DNA of 64,000 bases, from NCBI GenBank assembly GCA_963782915.1, contig CAWALK010000012.1, positions 64,001-128,000 on the forward strand. The letters are read 5' to 3'. The stretch comes from an uncultured archaeon (lineage in GTDB: Archaea > Thermoproteota > Bathyarchaeia > Bathyarchaeales > Bathycorpusculaceae). How positions within the stretch are numbered: the first letter of the stretch is position 1; every line of letters begins with the position of its first letter. The notes beneath the pieces are model-generated. The model was not told where the DNA came from, made no database searches, and was given only the letters and a program-made list of their open reading frames with translations. This document shows positions 52,345-62,218 of the stretch, one piece after another. The translations under genes and the position numbers were made by a program.

Positions 52345-53433
52345 TTGGATAAGCGGAGGCTTGGAAGAACAAACCTTCAAGTCTCACAGGTAGGTTTTGG
52401 CGGTACATGGATTTCTGAGTTGCAGCCGGATTTGGCGATTGCCGTTGTTCGGCTTGCTTTTGAATTGGGGATTACCTATTTTGACACTGCTCCACTGGAT
52501 GGCGATAGTGAAGTTAAAATCGGGGTAGCTTTGGAGGATGTTAGGGATGAATGTGTTTTTGCGACTAAGACTGGGTCGAGGACTAAGCGGGAGTCGCTTG
52601 TAGATGTTCAAAACAGTTTAAAACGGTTGCGAACCGACCATTTGGATATCATTCAGTTGCATGGGATCGATGACGAGAAGACTCTGGCCAAAGCTATGGG
52701 TGCTGATGGGTCATTGCAGACGTGTAAGGAAGCCCGAAAAGAAGGTTTAGCAGATTTTGTGGGTATCACTGGGCATAAACCTCGGGTTTTAGCAAAAGCC
52801 ATCCAGACAGGCGAATTTGACACAGTATTGGTTCCACTCAACCTTGTTACCCGTCAAGCCCTCGAAGAACTACTGCCTGTTGCTAAATCGCTCGATGTGG
52901 GTGTAGTTGCCATGAAACCATTGTCTGCAAAGACTTCCAACTTGATAACCTGCCTCTATCAACCATCCCTCTCGTTGGTTTCACAAGAGCCTGAACTTAA
53001 AGCGCTCCTCGGAGAAACAAGCGACGAACAAGTTACCAATGCCCTGCGATACGTACTTGGACAGGATGTAGCTGCTGTGATTCCCGGCTTGCGGGCTATT
53101 CATGAAGTGGAAGTGGCAGCTAACATCGGCGACGAATACAGAGGATTCACAGCCCAAGAGCAGCAGCGTTTCACCTTTGACTTAGGCAGCACTTATTGCC
53201 GTGATTGCGGTGAATGCAAGGGGTGCCCAGAAAACGTTAACATCGCAGCGATCCTGCGTTTTTCTTGTTTCTATGAAAGCTTTGGGCTCAAAGAATGGGC
53301 AAAAAAACTCTACAGTGGACTTGAGGTTAAAGCTGACAAATGCAGTGGGTGTAGAGAATGCGAATCCAAATGTCCCTATAAACTGCCAATCACAGAGCTG
53401 CTACAGAAATCCCAGATGAATCTTGCGCGTTAG
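52345..53433 (+). CDS. Aldo/keto reductase with C-terminal 4Fe-4S dicluster
   Basis: RRLGRT, FDTA, ATK, QLH, CRDCGEC..CP, CSGCRECESKCP. Confidence 0.88.
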   Translation: MDKRRLGRTNLQVSQVGFGGTWISELQPDLAIAVVRLAFELGITYFDTAPLDGDSEVKIGVALEDVRDECVFATKTGSRTKRESLVDVQNSLKRLRTDHLDIIQLHGIDDEKTLAKAMGADGSLQTCKEARKEGLADFVGITGHKPRVLAKAIQTGEFDTVLVPLNLVTRQALEELLPVAKSLDVGVVAMKPLSAKTSNLITCLYQPSLSLVSQEPELKALLGETSDEQVTNALRYVLGQDVAAVIPGLRAIHEVEVAANIGDEYRGFTAQEQQRFTFDLGSTYCRDCGECKGCPENVNIAAILRFSCFYESFGLKEWAKKLYSGLEVKADKCSGCRECESKCPYKLPITELLQKSQMNLAR

Positions 53434-53468
53434 TTCTTACTAAAATTTAAGGCTAAAACTGTTTTGTG

Positions 53469-53503
53469 CCTTTAAATAAGGGAGGGGAGGTAGTTGCTGA
53501 GCT
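53469..53503 (+). repeat. Dispersed TATA/G-string repeat copy
   Basis: CCTTTAAATAAGGGAGGGGAGGTAGTTGCTGAGCT. Confidence 0.75.
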
Positions 53504-53518
53504 GGTCATGTGGTTTGC

Positions 53519-54640
53519 TTATTGAAGCTGCTTAGCCATCACTTTCTTAATTGTTTCGACAAGTGTTTTGTTGTCTTTGGCTGAGCGGACGGTTATGCGG
53601 ATGTAGCTGTCATCCATGCCCATAAAGGTGCAGCAGTCGCGGACTAAGATGCGTTCTTTGGCGAGTAGTTCTTTGAGCATGGTTGAGGTTAATTTGCGGT
53701 TTAAGATTTTTACGAGCAGGAAGTTGGTTGTTGATGGATAAACTTGGAAGCCTTCGATTGTGGCTAAGTCTTTGGCGAGTTCTGCTCGGTTTTTGGTGAT
53801 TGTTTCTTTTGTGCTAGCTATGAATTCGGTGTCGCTAAACGCTGCTAATGTGGTGGTGTTTACTAAGCCGTTGATGCTCCATGGTTGACGCACCGTCTCC
53901 AGCTTATCAATCAAGTTAGTCGCAGCAATAGCGTAGCCAAAGCGTAAGCCTGCTAAACCGTAGAATTTGGTAACTGACCGGATAACAAAGAGGTTCTCGT
54001 AGTCTTTGACCATGCCGGCAACGGTGTTTTTGTCACCTTCCTCTGCAAATTCGATGTAGTTTTCGTCTATGCTAAAGATGATGTCGCGTTTTTGGCAGAA
54101 CTCCACGAGGTCCATGACTTCTTCTTTGGTGTATAGTCTGCCTGAGGGGCTGTGTGGGTTGCAGATGCACATGATTTTTGTGTCATCGGTTACTGCAGCC
54201 TTGATTTTCTCGTGATCCATCGAGAAATCTGGTGGTAGCTGGACGAAAGTGACTTCTCCGCCGACTCGCAGTGACGCTTTCTCGTATTCGGAGAAGGATG
54301 GCACTGGAATTACTGCTTTGAAAACTTGAGGCAATGCCTCAGTTATCATGTAGATGAGTTCGATTGAGCCGTTGCCGAGCAGAATGTTTTCTGCTTTCAC
54401 GCCGTGACCAACGTATTTGGCTATGGCTGATTTGAATTCAACTGGGTTTGGGTCAGGATAGAATTTGATTAATCGGGCATTTTGTTTGACGGATTCCACG
54501 GCTTTCGGTGGAGGTCCCATGAAGTTGATGGGTCCGCTGAATTCAAGCACTTCTTCAAGTGGAATGCTATGTTTTCTGCTGAAACCCCAAATATCGCCAC
54601 CATGACTAACGAATCTGCGTTTTTTACATGTGCTTGACAT
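53519..54640 (-). CDS. cobD: L-threonine-O-3-phosphate decarboxylase (HisC-like PLP enzyme)
   Basis: HGG..., FS..IN..GPP, YPDP, GNGS.ELI, CNP..PSG, RSVTKFYGLAGLRFGY, RDC.TF.GM. Confidence 0.85.
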   Translation of the reverse strand: MSSTCKKRRFVSHGGDIWGFSRKHSIPLEEVLEFSGPINFMGPPPKAVESVKQNARLIKFYPDPNPVEFKSAIAKYVGHGVKAENILLGNGSIELIYMITEALPQVFKAVIPVPSFSEYEKASLRVGGEVTFVQLPPDFSMDHEKIKAAVTDDTKIMCICNPHSPSGRLYTKEEVMDLVEFCQKRDIIFSIDENYIEFAEEGDKNTVAGMVKDYENLFVIRSVTKFYGLAGLRFGYAIAATNLIDKLETVRQPWSINGLVNTTTLAAFSDTEFIASTKETITKNRAELAKDLATIEGFQVYPSTTNFLLVKILNRKLTSTMLKELLAKERILVRDCCTFMGMDDSYIRITVRSAKDNKTLVETIKKVMAKQLQ

Positions 54641-55178
54641 TTCCCTCTTCCTCCATCAACCGTGCAATTTCTTTTTCTACTTGCAAGTCAGCCTTATAGT
54701 GTGCATTATACAAGTTGACGACTTTGTATAACCAGTACACTCCGCCGACACCTAACGTCACAATTGTAATCAGTACATATGTTGTTTGCGGTATTGTTTG
54801 GGTCATGAAGACTCGCTCGGGCAGGGCAGCGGCGAGATAAGCGTCTTCCGCTTTCTCATGTGTGGCTAGGTCTTTGGTTATGAGGTAGATGATGATGAAT
54901 GCTGGGATGATTAGGATGACGCTTGCAGCCCATAATTTGGCATTGCGTTGCTTGAAAGGCTGGTTCGGTGCTGGTGGCTCTTTGCCCTTACTTCTCATAT
55001 ACTCAGCCAGTTTCCGCTCAATTTCCGCCTCTTTCTGAAGATGCCTGTTTCTACCGTCAACCAATCGGTGAAACATCGGAAAAAAAGCCAAACCAAAAGT
55101 AACGATGGCGCCAAGAAACCACATGGAAAACCATATTTTACGGTCAACAGATGCCTTGGTGTTCATTGTGGTTTGCAT
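54624..55178 (-). CDS. Membrane protein with duplicated DUF4234-like motif, overlapping the cobD start
   Basis: IVTFGLAF.P and IVTLGVGGVYWLYK..N.H repeats. Confidence 0.6.
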   Translation of the reverse strand: MQTTMNTKASVDRKIWFSMWFLGAIVTFGLAFFPMFHRLVDGRNRHLQKEAEIERKLAEYMRSKGKEPPAPNQPFKQRNAKLWAASVILIIPAFIIIYLITKDLATHEKAEDAYLAAALPERVFMTQTIPQTTYVLITIVTLGVGGVYWLYKVVNLYNAHYKADLQVEKEIARLMEEEGNVKHM

Positions 55179-55261
55179 TAAGTTCAAACTTTCCCGTTCA
55201 ATTGCTTACAAGGTTGGGGGAGCCAAACTTTATAAGGTCTTCCATTGGAGGTTTACATAAA

Positions 55262-55960
55262 ATGAGCCGACGTCAAATGGTGCTATCCATTATAATTCCC
55301 GTCTATAACGAGGAATTGACGATAGGCAACATTATCGACCGCACCACAGTGGCGGCGAAAAAACTTGGTTTGCCCTTTGAGATTATTGTGGTTAATGACT
55401 TATCTTATGACAAGTCCCTTGAGGTTGCTTGCCGACGCAAGGTTAGGGTGTTGAGTTTAAAGGAGCATTTGGGCAAAGGCTATGCGTTGCGGGCGGGGTT
55501 TGCTCAGGTCAGAGGCGACATAGTCGTCACGATTGACTCGGATGGGTCGCATTGGCCAGAAGAACTCAACGAAGTTTTAGCGCCCGTACTCTCAGGCAAA
55601 GCCGACATGGTCATCGGTTCACGATACATGAACCATAAACGGGTGGAAGCACGTAAACTAAACAAATTCGGCGTTCGCATATTCAACTACCTCATCCAAA
55701 TGTTCACGGGCGTCGCCATAACCGATTCCCAATCAGGCTACAGAGCCATGAAACGCGAAGTCCTATCCAAGCAAAAGCTAAAGTCAGGCGAGTACGAGAT
55801 AGAATCTGAAATGCTCGTTAAAACCGCTAAAGCTGGCTTCCGAGTAGCTGAGGTTCCCATCACATTTGAGCAACGCACCTACGGCCATTCAGGCGTAGAC
55901 CCAATGGTTGATGGCTCAAAAATTTTGCTATCGATAGTCATGGCGTACTTGAAGGCGTAA
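55262..55960 (+). CDS. GT2 glycosyltransferase (DPM1-like)
   Basis: SIIIPVYNEE, GKGYAL, DSDG, VIGSR, DSQSGYRA. Confidence 0.9.
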   Translation: MSRRQMVLSIIIPVYNEELTIGNIIDRTTVAAKKLGLPFEIIVVNDLSYDKSLEVACRRKVRVLSLKEHLGKGYALRAGFAQVRGDIVVTIDSDGSHWPEELNEVLAPVLSGKADMVIGSRYMNHKRVEARKLNKFGVRIFNYLIQMFTGVAITDSQSGYRAMKREVLSKQKLKSGEYEIESEMLVKTAKAGFRVAEVPITFEQRTYGHSGVDPMVDGSKILLSIVMAYLKA

Positions 55961-55964
55961 AGCG

Positions 55965-56954
55965 ATGGCCCTCGACGCTTGTCCCAAAGTCTCAATCATA
56001 GTAGCGTCCTATAACAGCGCTGACACCATCGGGGAATGCCTCAAATCTATTCTGGCCTTGGATTACCCAGCGGGTTACATTGAAGTTATCGTTATGGACG
56101 GCGTCAGTAAGGATGCCACAGTTAAAATCGCTGGGCAGTTCCCCATCAAAGTTGTTTCTATCCAGCTTAATGCGCCAGCCGCTTACAATTATGCCCAGAA
56201 AATCGCTGTTCACCCTATCTTAGGTTTTATCGATGCAGACGCCAAAGTGGAACGGGATTGGCTAAAGAAGCTTGTACCTCATCTCAGCGAACCCCAAGTG
56301 GCAGGCGTCAGCGGCAGCATCGAAACCTGGAACCAAGATAATCAGTGGGCTCGGAGCATCGGTTATGAACTAAAAAACCGATACCGCCGAATCGGCAAAT
56401 ACACCGGGCGCATCGCCACCATGAATTTGTTGCTAAAGAAAGCGGTGGTTGAAGAGGCGGGTGGTTGGGATGAAAAGCTGCCCAGCCAATACGACACGGA
56501 TTTTGGGTTCCGAATGGCGTCCAAAGGCTATAAAATCGCCTATGAACCATCAGCGGTTTGTTACCATTTCAATCGCCCAACTTTGAAGGCGTATTATCGC
56601 CAGCAACTGCAGTATGGCAAGAACACGCTCAAGCTGTACTTTAAGCATGGGCACTTGGCTAAGGGCGACGAGATTACCGATGTGGGTATGAATATTCAGC
56701 CCTTATTGCTGTTGACGGTTGTTGGGTTGTTTATTGTGGGCATTATTCCTTTGTTGAGGCTGCTTTGGGTCGGTTCAGCGCTGATTTTATTGGGAATGTT
56801 TGTTTACTTTGTCTATTCCGCAGCTAAAATATCCGCCAAATTCCGTGACTGGTCCGCAATGCGACTGGTCGTACTCTATTATGTGCGCTCTGCCGCATGG
56901 TTCGTCGGCGCAGTCACCACCACGTTGCGTTATCTAACAAGGAGAAACAACTGA
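55965..56954 (+). CDS. GT2 glycosyltransferase with C-terminal TM helices
   Basis: VSIIV..YN, FIDAD, GGWDE, RQQLQYG. Confidence 0.88.
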   Translation: MALDACPKVSIIVASYNSADTIGECLKSILALDYPAGYIEVIVMDGVSKDATVKIAGQFPIKVVSIQLNAPAAYNYAQKIAVHPILGFIDADAKVERDWLKKLVPHLSEPQVAGVSGSIETWNQDNQWARSIGYELKNRYRRIGKYTGRIATMNLLLKKAVVEEAGGWDEKLPSQYDTDFGFRMASKGYKIAYEPSAVCYHFNRPTLKAYYRQQLQYGKNTLKLYFKHGHLAKGDEITDVGMNIQPLLLLTVVGLFIVGIIPLLRLLWVGSALILLGMFVYFVYSAAKISAKFRDWSAMRLVVLYYVRSAAWFVGAVTTTLRYLTRRNN

Positions 56955-58147
56955 TGACCAAAGTCTGCTTCGTCTCACCCGAATACTGGCCGCTAACAGG
57001 CGGCACAGGCAGCTACGTCTACTACCTCAGCAACGAACTCCTCAAAAACGGCTACAACATCCACGTTGTAACCGGCAGCAACCAAACCCAAGACATCCAC
57101 GTAAACCCCCAACTCGACGTCTCCTTCCTAAAAAGCCCCAAAATGCCCGCCGTCAAATCATTCATCCTCGCAGGCAACAGCAACCGTAAACTCCAAAGTA
57201 TCAAAAAAACCGCCAAAATAGACATCATGCATCCCCAGTTGCCGCTTACACCTAACTTTGCGGTTCCCCCCAACTACGGCAAAACGCTTGTCTGCACCGT
57301 CCACTCCACATGGAAGGGCGAAGCAGAAGCCATCAGAGGCGAACCCTTTATGCGGTTAAACGCTAATGAGAAAGTCCTCGTCAGCTTAAACCCGATGCTG
57401 CGTTTCTTTGAGGAAAGCATGATTCATCGAGCCCGAAAAGTTATAGCTGTTAGCGAATTCACCAAGTACGAACTCACAAAATACTACAAAATCCCCGCTC
57501 GCAAAATCAAGGTTATTCACAACGGCGTCGATATCCACAAATTCCAGCCCGCCGCTGACAAACGTAAAATCAAAGCAGAATTGGGCTTCAACCCTGACGA
57601 CATCGCCATAGTTTCTGTTGGGCGACTCTATGCACGCAAGGGCCTCTTTACGTTGATCGAGAGCATGCCTGCCGTCGTCAAGCGATTCCCCAACGCCAAA
57701 TTCATCATATCCGGCAAGGGGCAGAGCGACGAAATGAATAAACTTATCGCTCACGCCACAAAACTGGGCGTAATTAACAACATAGTCTTCACTGGCTATT
57801 ACCCCGACAAGAAACTGCCCAAACTCTACCAAGCTGCCGACGTATTTGCCTTCTCAACCTTCTATGAGCATCATCCCTTTGCCGTATTGGAGGCGCTCTC
57901 AACAGGGTTGCCCGTGGTGACGACCACCGTTGGGGGGATTCCAGAGACGATTGAGAGTGGCAAGAACGGATTCTTGGTCAAGCCTTTCGATGAGAAAGCC
58001 TTCGCGGACAGAATCCTCTACTTACTAGAGCACAGAGCCTTTGCATCTGAGATGGGTGCAGCCGCAAGGAAAACCGTTGTTGAGCAACTGGACTGGCGCA
58101 TAGTAGTTAAGGATGCAATGAAAGTCTACGATCAAGCTCTCAGTTAA
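56954..58147 (+). CDS. GT4 glycosyltransferase
   Basis: GG...YVYYL, IHNGVD, VGRL..RKG, E.HPFAVLEALSTG.P; TGATG overlap. Confidence 0.9.
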   Translation: MTKVCFVSPEYWPLTGGTGSYVYYLSNELLKNGYNIHVVTGSNQTQDIHVNPQLDVSFLKSPKMPAVKSFILAGNSNRKLQSIKKTAKIDIMHPQLPLTPNFAVPPNYGKTLVCTVHSTWKGEAEAIRGEPFMRLNANEKVLVSLNPMLRFFEESMIHRARKVIAVSEFTKYELTKYYKIPARKIKVIHNGVDIHKFQPAADKRKIKAELGFNPDDIAIVSVGRLYARKGLFTLIESMPAVVKRFPNAKFIISGKGQSDEMNKLIAHATKLGVINNIVFTGYYPDKKLPKLYQAADVFAFSTFYEHHPFAVLEALSTGLPVVTTTVGGIPETIESGKNGFLVKPFDEKAFADRILYLLEHRAFASEMGAAARKTVVEQLDWRIVVKDAMKVYDQALS

Positions 58148-58211
58148 CCAACGATACTCACCTGTTTGTCAATCTTTAAAAGAGAAACCACCTACCTTTA
58201 CTTTGATTAAA

Positions 58212-58505
58212 ATGCAGACCATAGAGAAGCTAAAAGCGACTTTGGCTTCACATAAAGAGGAACTAGAAAATAACTATAAAGTAAAAGAAATTGGAATCTT
58301 CGGTTCCTACGTCAGACATGAACAGAACAAAAACAGCGACGTAGACGTTTTAGTTACCTTTACTGAAACACCCGACCTCTTCCAGTTTGTAGAACTTGAA
58401 AATTACTTAAGTGACCTTTTAGGGGTTAAAGTTGACCTCGTCATGAAGGAAGGAATTAAACCTCGCCTCAAAGAGAGGATTCTTAGCGAGGCAGTCTACG
58501 TTTGA
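58212..58505 (+). CDS. mntA: MNT minimal nucleotidyltransferase antitoxin
   Basis: IFGSYVRHEQNKNSDVD (GSX10DXD). Confidence 0.88.
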   Translation: MQTIEKLKATLASHKEELENNYKVKEIGIFGSYVRHEQNKNSDVDVLVTFTETPDLFQFVELENYLSDLLGVKVDLVMKEGIKPRLKERILSEAVYV

Positions 58506-58843
58506 GGGACTTCCAAGTCTACATAGAAGACATAATCGACGCCATCGACAGTATCGAAACCTACACTAAAGACTTAACCTACACTGACTTTGTCAGCGAT
58601 AAAAAAACCGTTGATGCGGTAATTAGGAATTTTGAGATCATCGGTGAAGCAACAAAGCAATTACCGCTGTCAGCAAGGCAAGGGTGCCCTAATGTACCTT
58701 GGAGAGAGATGGCGGGGATGCGCGACAAATTAATCCATGGATACTTTGGCGTTCAACTAGATGTTGTTTGGAAAACCATTAAAGAGCGCCTGCCTACAGT
58801 GCGACTTTTGATGGTTGAAGTTTTGGCAAAAATGAAAGAGTAG
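58502..58843 (+). CDS. hepT: HEPN (DUF86) RNase toxin
   Basis: EIIGEA, RDKLIHGY (RX4HXY); 4 nt overlap with MNT. Confidence 0.88.
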   Translation: MRDFQVYIEDIIDAIDSIETYTKDLTYTDFVSDKKTVDAVIRNFEIIGEATKQLPLSARQGCPNVPWREMAGMRDKLIHGYFGVQLDVVWKTIKERLPTVRLLMVEVLAKMKE

Positions 58844-58850
58844 CAAATCT

Positions 58851-59804
58851 CTAAGCTATCTGCGTTGGTTCTTTTCGGTAGGTTTGAGTTACCCTCTGGA
58901 ACAGGTGCACGATGTCAAGCGAGCAGAAGAAGAATTTTGTCAGGTATTCGTGTTGGTAGATCATCATTTGGGCTTTTACGGGTAGGTCGATTCTGGGTGG
59001 TTCAAAGCGGTGCTCGACTTCTTTGACGGGTAAGCCTTCGACTTGGATTGCGTCGCCTTCGAATCCGGTTTTGTCTGCGATATATTTGAGGTAAGTCTGT
59101 TTCCAATCCAGCATCATTACTTTGGCGGCGGTGATGTCTACTGCAAGGGCGTCGTTGCCTGTTAGGAACAGGTCCATTTTGACGGGTTTGCCCTTTGTGG
59201 GTCCGTTGCCTTCGATGCCTATGCGTGCATCCATGATTGTGAGCGCCGGTTTGAAAAGAGTGTATAAGCGGTAGAAGACTTCTGGCAGGTAAGGATGTAG
59301 GTAGATGCGTCGGTTGCTGGGTATGCATCCGAACAAGTTTTTGATGGCGCCGCTGTAAGCCATGAATTCATGCGTCTTCATCAAAGGCAGGTCGACGACG
59401 GCGTCGGCGTCTATGATGGTTTTGGGTAGGTATAGCCGTTTTAGTGGCGAATTGGTTTGGAATTTGACTTCGACCACTTTGTCTTCAGAGAGGTTGATGA
59501 CTTCTCCGCCTGCCGCTTTAACAGCATCCTGAACGCCAGTTTTCTCAAACGCTGTCCAGCAGGGATAGTTAAAACCGTTAGATTCGCCCACGACGACTTC
59601 GCTGTTGCCATCGCGGAGTAACTCGACGACTTGGCGCATGACTTCGGGACAGGTAACTACACCCGGTAAGTATTCGGGATGGCTGAGGTTGGGTTTAATG
59701 TAAATCCGCTTTTTCCCACGAAGCCCCGCTTTAGCAACCGCCTCTTTAATGATGCCGCTAATGTCCTCTTCGGCACGATAAATCTTAACCGCATTAGCTG
59801 CCAT
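58851..59804 (-). CDS. DUF362 family protein
   Basis: IKPNL, T.PEV, LPLMKTH, GAIKNLFG, GNGP, DALAVD. Confidence 0.85.
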   Translation of the reverse strand: MAANAVKIYRAEEDISGIIKEAVAKAGLRGKKRIYIKPNLSHPEYLPGVVTCPEVMRQVVELLRDGNSEVVVGESNGFNYPCWTAFEKTGVQDAVKAAGGEVINLSEDKVVEVKFQTNSPLKRLYLPKTIIDADAVVDLPLMKTHEFMAYSGAIKNLFGCIPSNRRIYLHPYLPEVFYRLYTLFKPALTIMDARIGIEGNGPTKGKPVKMDLFLTGNDALAVDITAAKVMMLDWKQTYLKYIADKTGFEGDAIQVEGLPVKEVEHRFEPPRIDLPVKAQMMIYQHEYLTKFFFCSLDIVHLFQRVTQTYRKEPTQIA

Positions 59805-61236
59805 TGGCGATTTTCACTCCATTAAGACAGCCGGGATCACCGTTTAAGGTGTCACCGTTATGGTAAGCAGCAGAGCGTGCTCGGCATCCGCCGCAAATGA
59901 ACTTGTAATCGCATTTACTGCAGGAGCCTTTGAGGTTGGCTCGGTTGCGGAAAGCATTGAAAAGTGGCGCATTAAGCCAGATGTCTTTGAATGTACGTTC
60001 TTTGAGGCTGCCCACATTTTCGGGTAAGAAAACGCAGGGGCGAACGTCGCCTTGTGGTGAAATTGCGCAGTAGAGTCTGCCTGCTCCGCATCCGCCGATG
60101 AATTCGCCTAGTGGGACGGCTTTTTTGGTGACTTTGACTGTTTGCATGTGGGCTAATGCCATGGTGACTTCGCCGGTACCTGAATCACCCTGACATTGAG
60201 CTGCTACACGCGCCAATTGGGGTGCCGTGGCGAGGATGGTGGTTTTGCACCCCGACGACATACGGTTAAGGAGGTACCTCATGACTTCCTCTCGTTCCTG
60301 TGGTGAGAGGTCTTGGTCCGCGTGGGCTTTGCCGCGTCCAGCGGGGATGAAGTTGAAGTAGGTGAAGCGTTCAACGTGGAGCTGCTCAGCCAAATCGATG
60401 ATTGCCGGGAGTTCCGCCATGTTGTTTTTGCCCACGGTGGTGGCTATGCAGGCGCATATGTCTGCGTCAATGCAGTTTTTCAGCCCTGCCACAGCTTTGT
60501 CATATGCTCCGGGAACGCCTCGGAACTCATCATGGGTTTTAGCTGTTGCCCCATCGATGCTGATGTCAACATAGTTAACGCCTGATTCTTTGAGTTTAAC
60601 TGCGTTTTCTTTGGTTAGTAGGGTGCCGTTTGAGGCTAGTGAAATGTAGAGACCTTTGTCTGAGGCATACCGTGCGACTTGGAAGAAGTCCTTTCGGGTA
60701 ATGGGTTCGCCTCCGCTAAACGCCAACGCCGTAACGTGAGCCTCCGCTAGTTGGTCAACGACTGCTAACGCTTGTTCGGTGGTTAACTCGTCGGCATCTG
60801 GTTCGCCGCTGTTGGAGTAGCAGTGTTTGCAGCGGAGATTGCATTTGTGTGTGAAATCCCAAACTATAAGAAACGGCGCTACAAGTGACATGGGTTTTTT
60901 GATGCCATAATGCTCGAAAGATTCAACTAAGTTGAGGACCGCATTGCGTGCATATCGGTCTGTAAGTAGCTTCTCGACTTTTGCCCGCTTGAAACCCAAC
61001 GCTCGCCGTAGGAACTCGATCCAGAAGGCGATGATCTGCGAGTACAAACCGCTGCATTTATCGCAGTGCCGATCGGTTTTGCCGCCATAGTCATCCAACG
61101 CAGCCTCCAACACAGTTCGGCCGCAAGCAGGACACTTTTTGAGGGAAAGCTGGAGCATCTTTTTGGTCATTGGCATAGAGACGATGCTGTTCCAGAATGT
61201 ATCGTAGCTGAGGATGCTCATTGCGGGTTTCTCCAA
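59794..61236 (-). CDS. Radical SAM/SPASM protein with N-terminal Cys-pair extension (possibly GMGT-synthase-like)
   Basis: CPAC..CDKC, APFLIVWDFTHKCNLRCKHCY, FIGGCGAGRLYC..PC, CSKCDYKFICGGCRAR. Confidence 0.88.
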   Translation of the reverse strand: MEKPAMSILSYDTFWNSIVSMPMTKKMLQLSLKKCPACGRTVLEAALDDYGGKTDRHCDKCSGLYSQIIAFWIEFLRRALGFKRAKVEKLLTDRYARNAVLNLVESFEHYGIKKPMSLVAPFLIVWDFTHKCNLRCKHCYSNSGEPDADELTTEQALAVVDQLAEAHVTALAFSGGEPITRKDFFQVARYASDKGLYISLASNGTLLTKENAVKLKESGVNYVDISIDGATAKTHDEFRGVPGAYDKAVAGLKNCIDADICACIATTVGKNNMAELPAIIDLAEQLHVERFTYFNFIPAGRGKAHADQDLSPQEREEVMRYLLNRMSSGCKTTILATAPQLARVAAQCQGDSGTGEVTMALAHMQTVKVTKKAVPLGEFIGGCGAGRLYCAISPQGDVRPCVFLPENVGSLKERTFKDIWLNAPLFNAFRNRANLKGSCSKCDYKFICGGCRARSAAYHNGDTLNGDPGCLNGVKIANGS

Positions 61237-61332
61237 GCGGTCTGATACCTAAATGGAGATGTGCCCGATGTAAAGATTTCTCTAAACGCTTGGAGTCTGC
61301 TTGATGTTTTGAAAAGTGCTGGCTTGATATTT

Positions 61333-61764
61333 TTAGCCTATTCCAAGCTGCCTCATCATACCTACAGCATCGTAGAATAATCGTTCTTCTTGGATTTCGC
61401 CGCCTTTCCAATGCGCTACCGTGCAGAACTCTAACTTAGCAGTTTTATGTGTCGGTTGGATGGTTTGACCATTGGGCATCTTCATAGGTCCAATCATTGT
61501 TGCGGTCCAATCCGCCACCGAACAGGTGTAGTCGCCTTGCCCAAACAAGATTTTGTAGGGGTTGTTGACGAGTTTGTTGTCGAAGGTTTTGAAGAATTCG
61601 ACTGATTCTTTAAAATGGGCTTCGCGGCCTCTGGTGGGTTCCGGTTGTCCGGGCCAGTAGACGGCGACGTTTTCTGCATGGCGTTTCTTGAAGGTATCCC
61701 ATTCTTGGTCGTTCCATGAGTCGTCAAGAGTTTTCATTAATTCGAGGTTTGGATTTGTGCTCAT
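61333..61764 (-). CDS. SnoaL/NTF2-like ester cyclase family protein
   Basis: DDSWN, PTRGREAH, FGQGD, GTM-like ATMIGP, I.PT.K, EERLFYD..GMM.QLG. Confidence 0.85.
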   Translation of the reverse strand: MSTNPNLELMKTLDDSWNDQEWDTFKKRHAENVAVYWPGQPEPTRGREAHFKESVEFFKTFDNKLVNNPYKILFGQGDYTCSVADWTATMIGPMKMPNGQTIQPTHKTAKLEFCTVAHWKGGEIQEERLFYDAVGMMRQLGIG

Positions 61765-62218
61765 AAAAATCACTGGCAAAGCTGAGACTGGGGAAGCTAT
61801 AAAAAAGTATGCTGGTATCCAGTTGCAGATACGATTTTACGATGGCAGTCTTGAATATTGGATTGGCGTTTTGTTGGTTGTCTTGTTTTTCTACAGTATG
61901 TTGTTGCTGAAAACCGCCTATACACAACAACAACCAGCAGACGTTGCAGGCGTTTGCGTTTTAGCTTCAGCCTCTGGGTTGGGTTGCGGGTTGTTGAGGC
62001 GTTTTCTAGAAGCAGGGCAGGCGGAAATTTTTAATCTACTGATAGAGCGGGCTGTAAGCGGTTGAGAGGTAGCGTGTCCCAAGGTAGCCTGAAGTTGAAA
62101 ACCAAACCGCTGCAAACGTGCAATAAGAATAAGCTACACTTAACAAGCGTTGTTTATTCACGGCAAATACTCAATGAATGCAAACAGCCCCAACAACGCT
62201 AAGACCACAAGCGTCTAT

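Noticed and set aside
61918-62115. 65-aa ORF ending in GCCCV as a RiPP precursor
   Set aside because: TTG start with no evident RBS, low-complexity region, overlapping equally weak ORFs in other frames, no leader/core pattern
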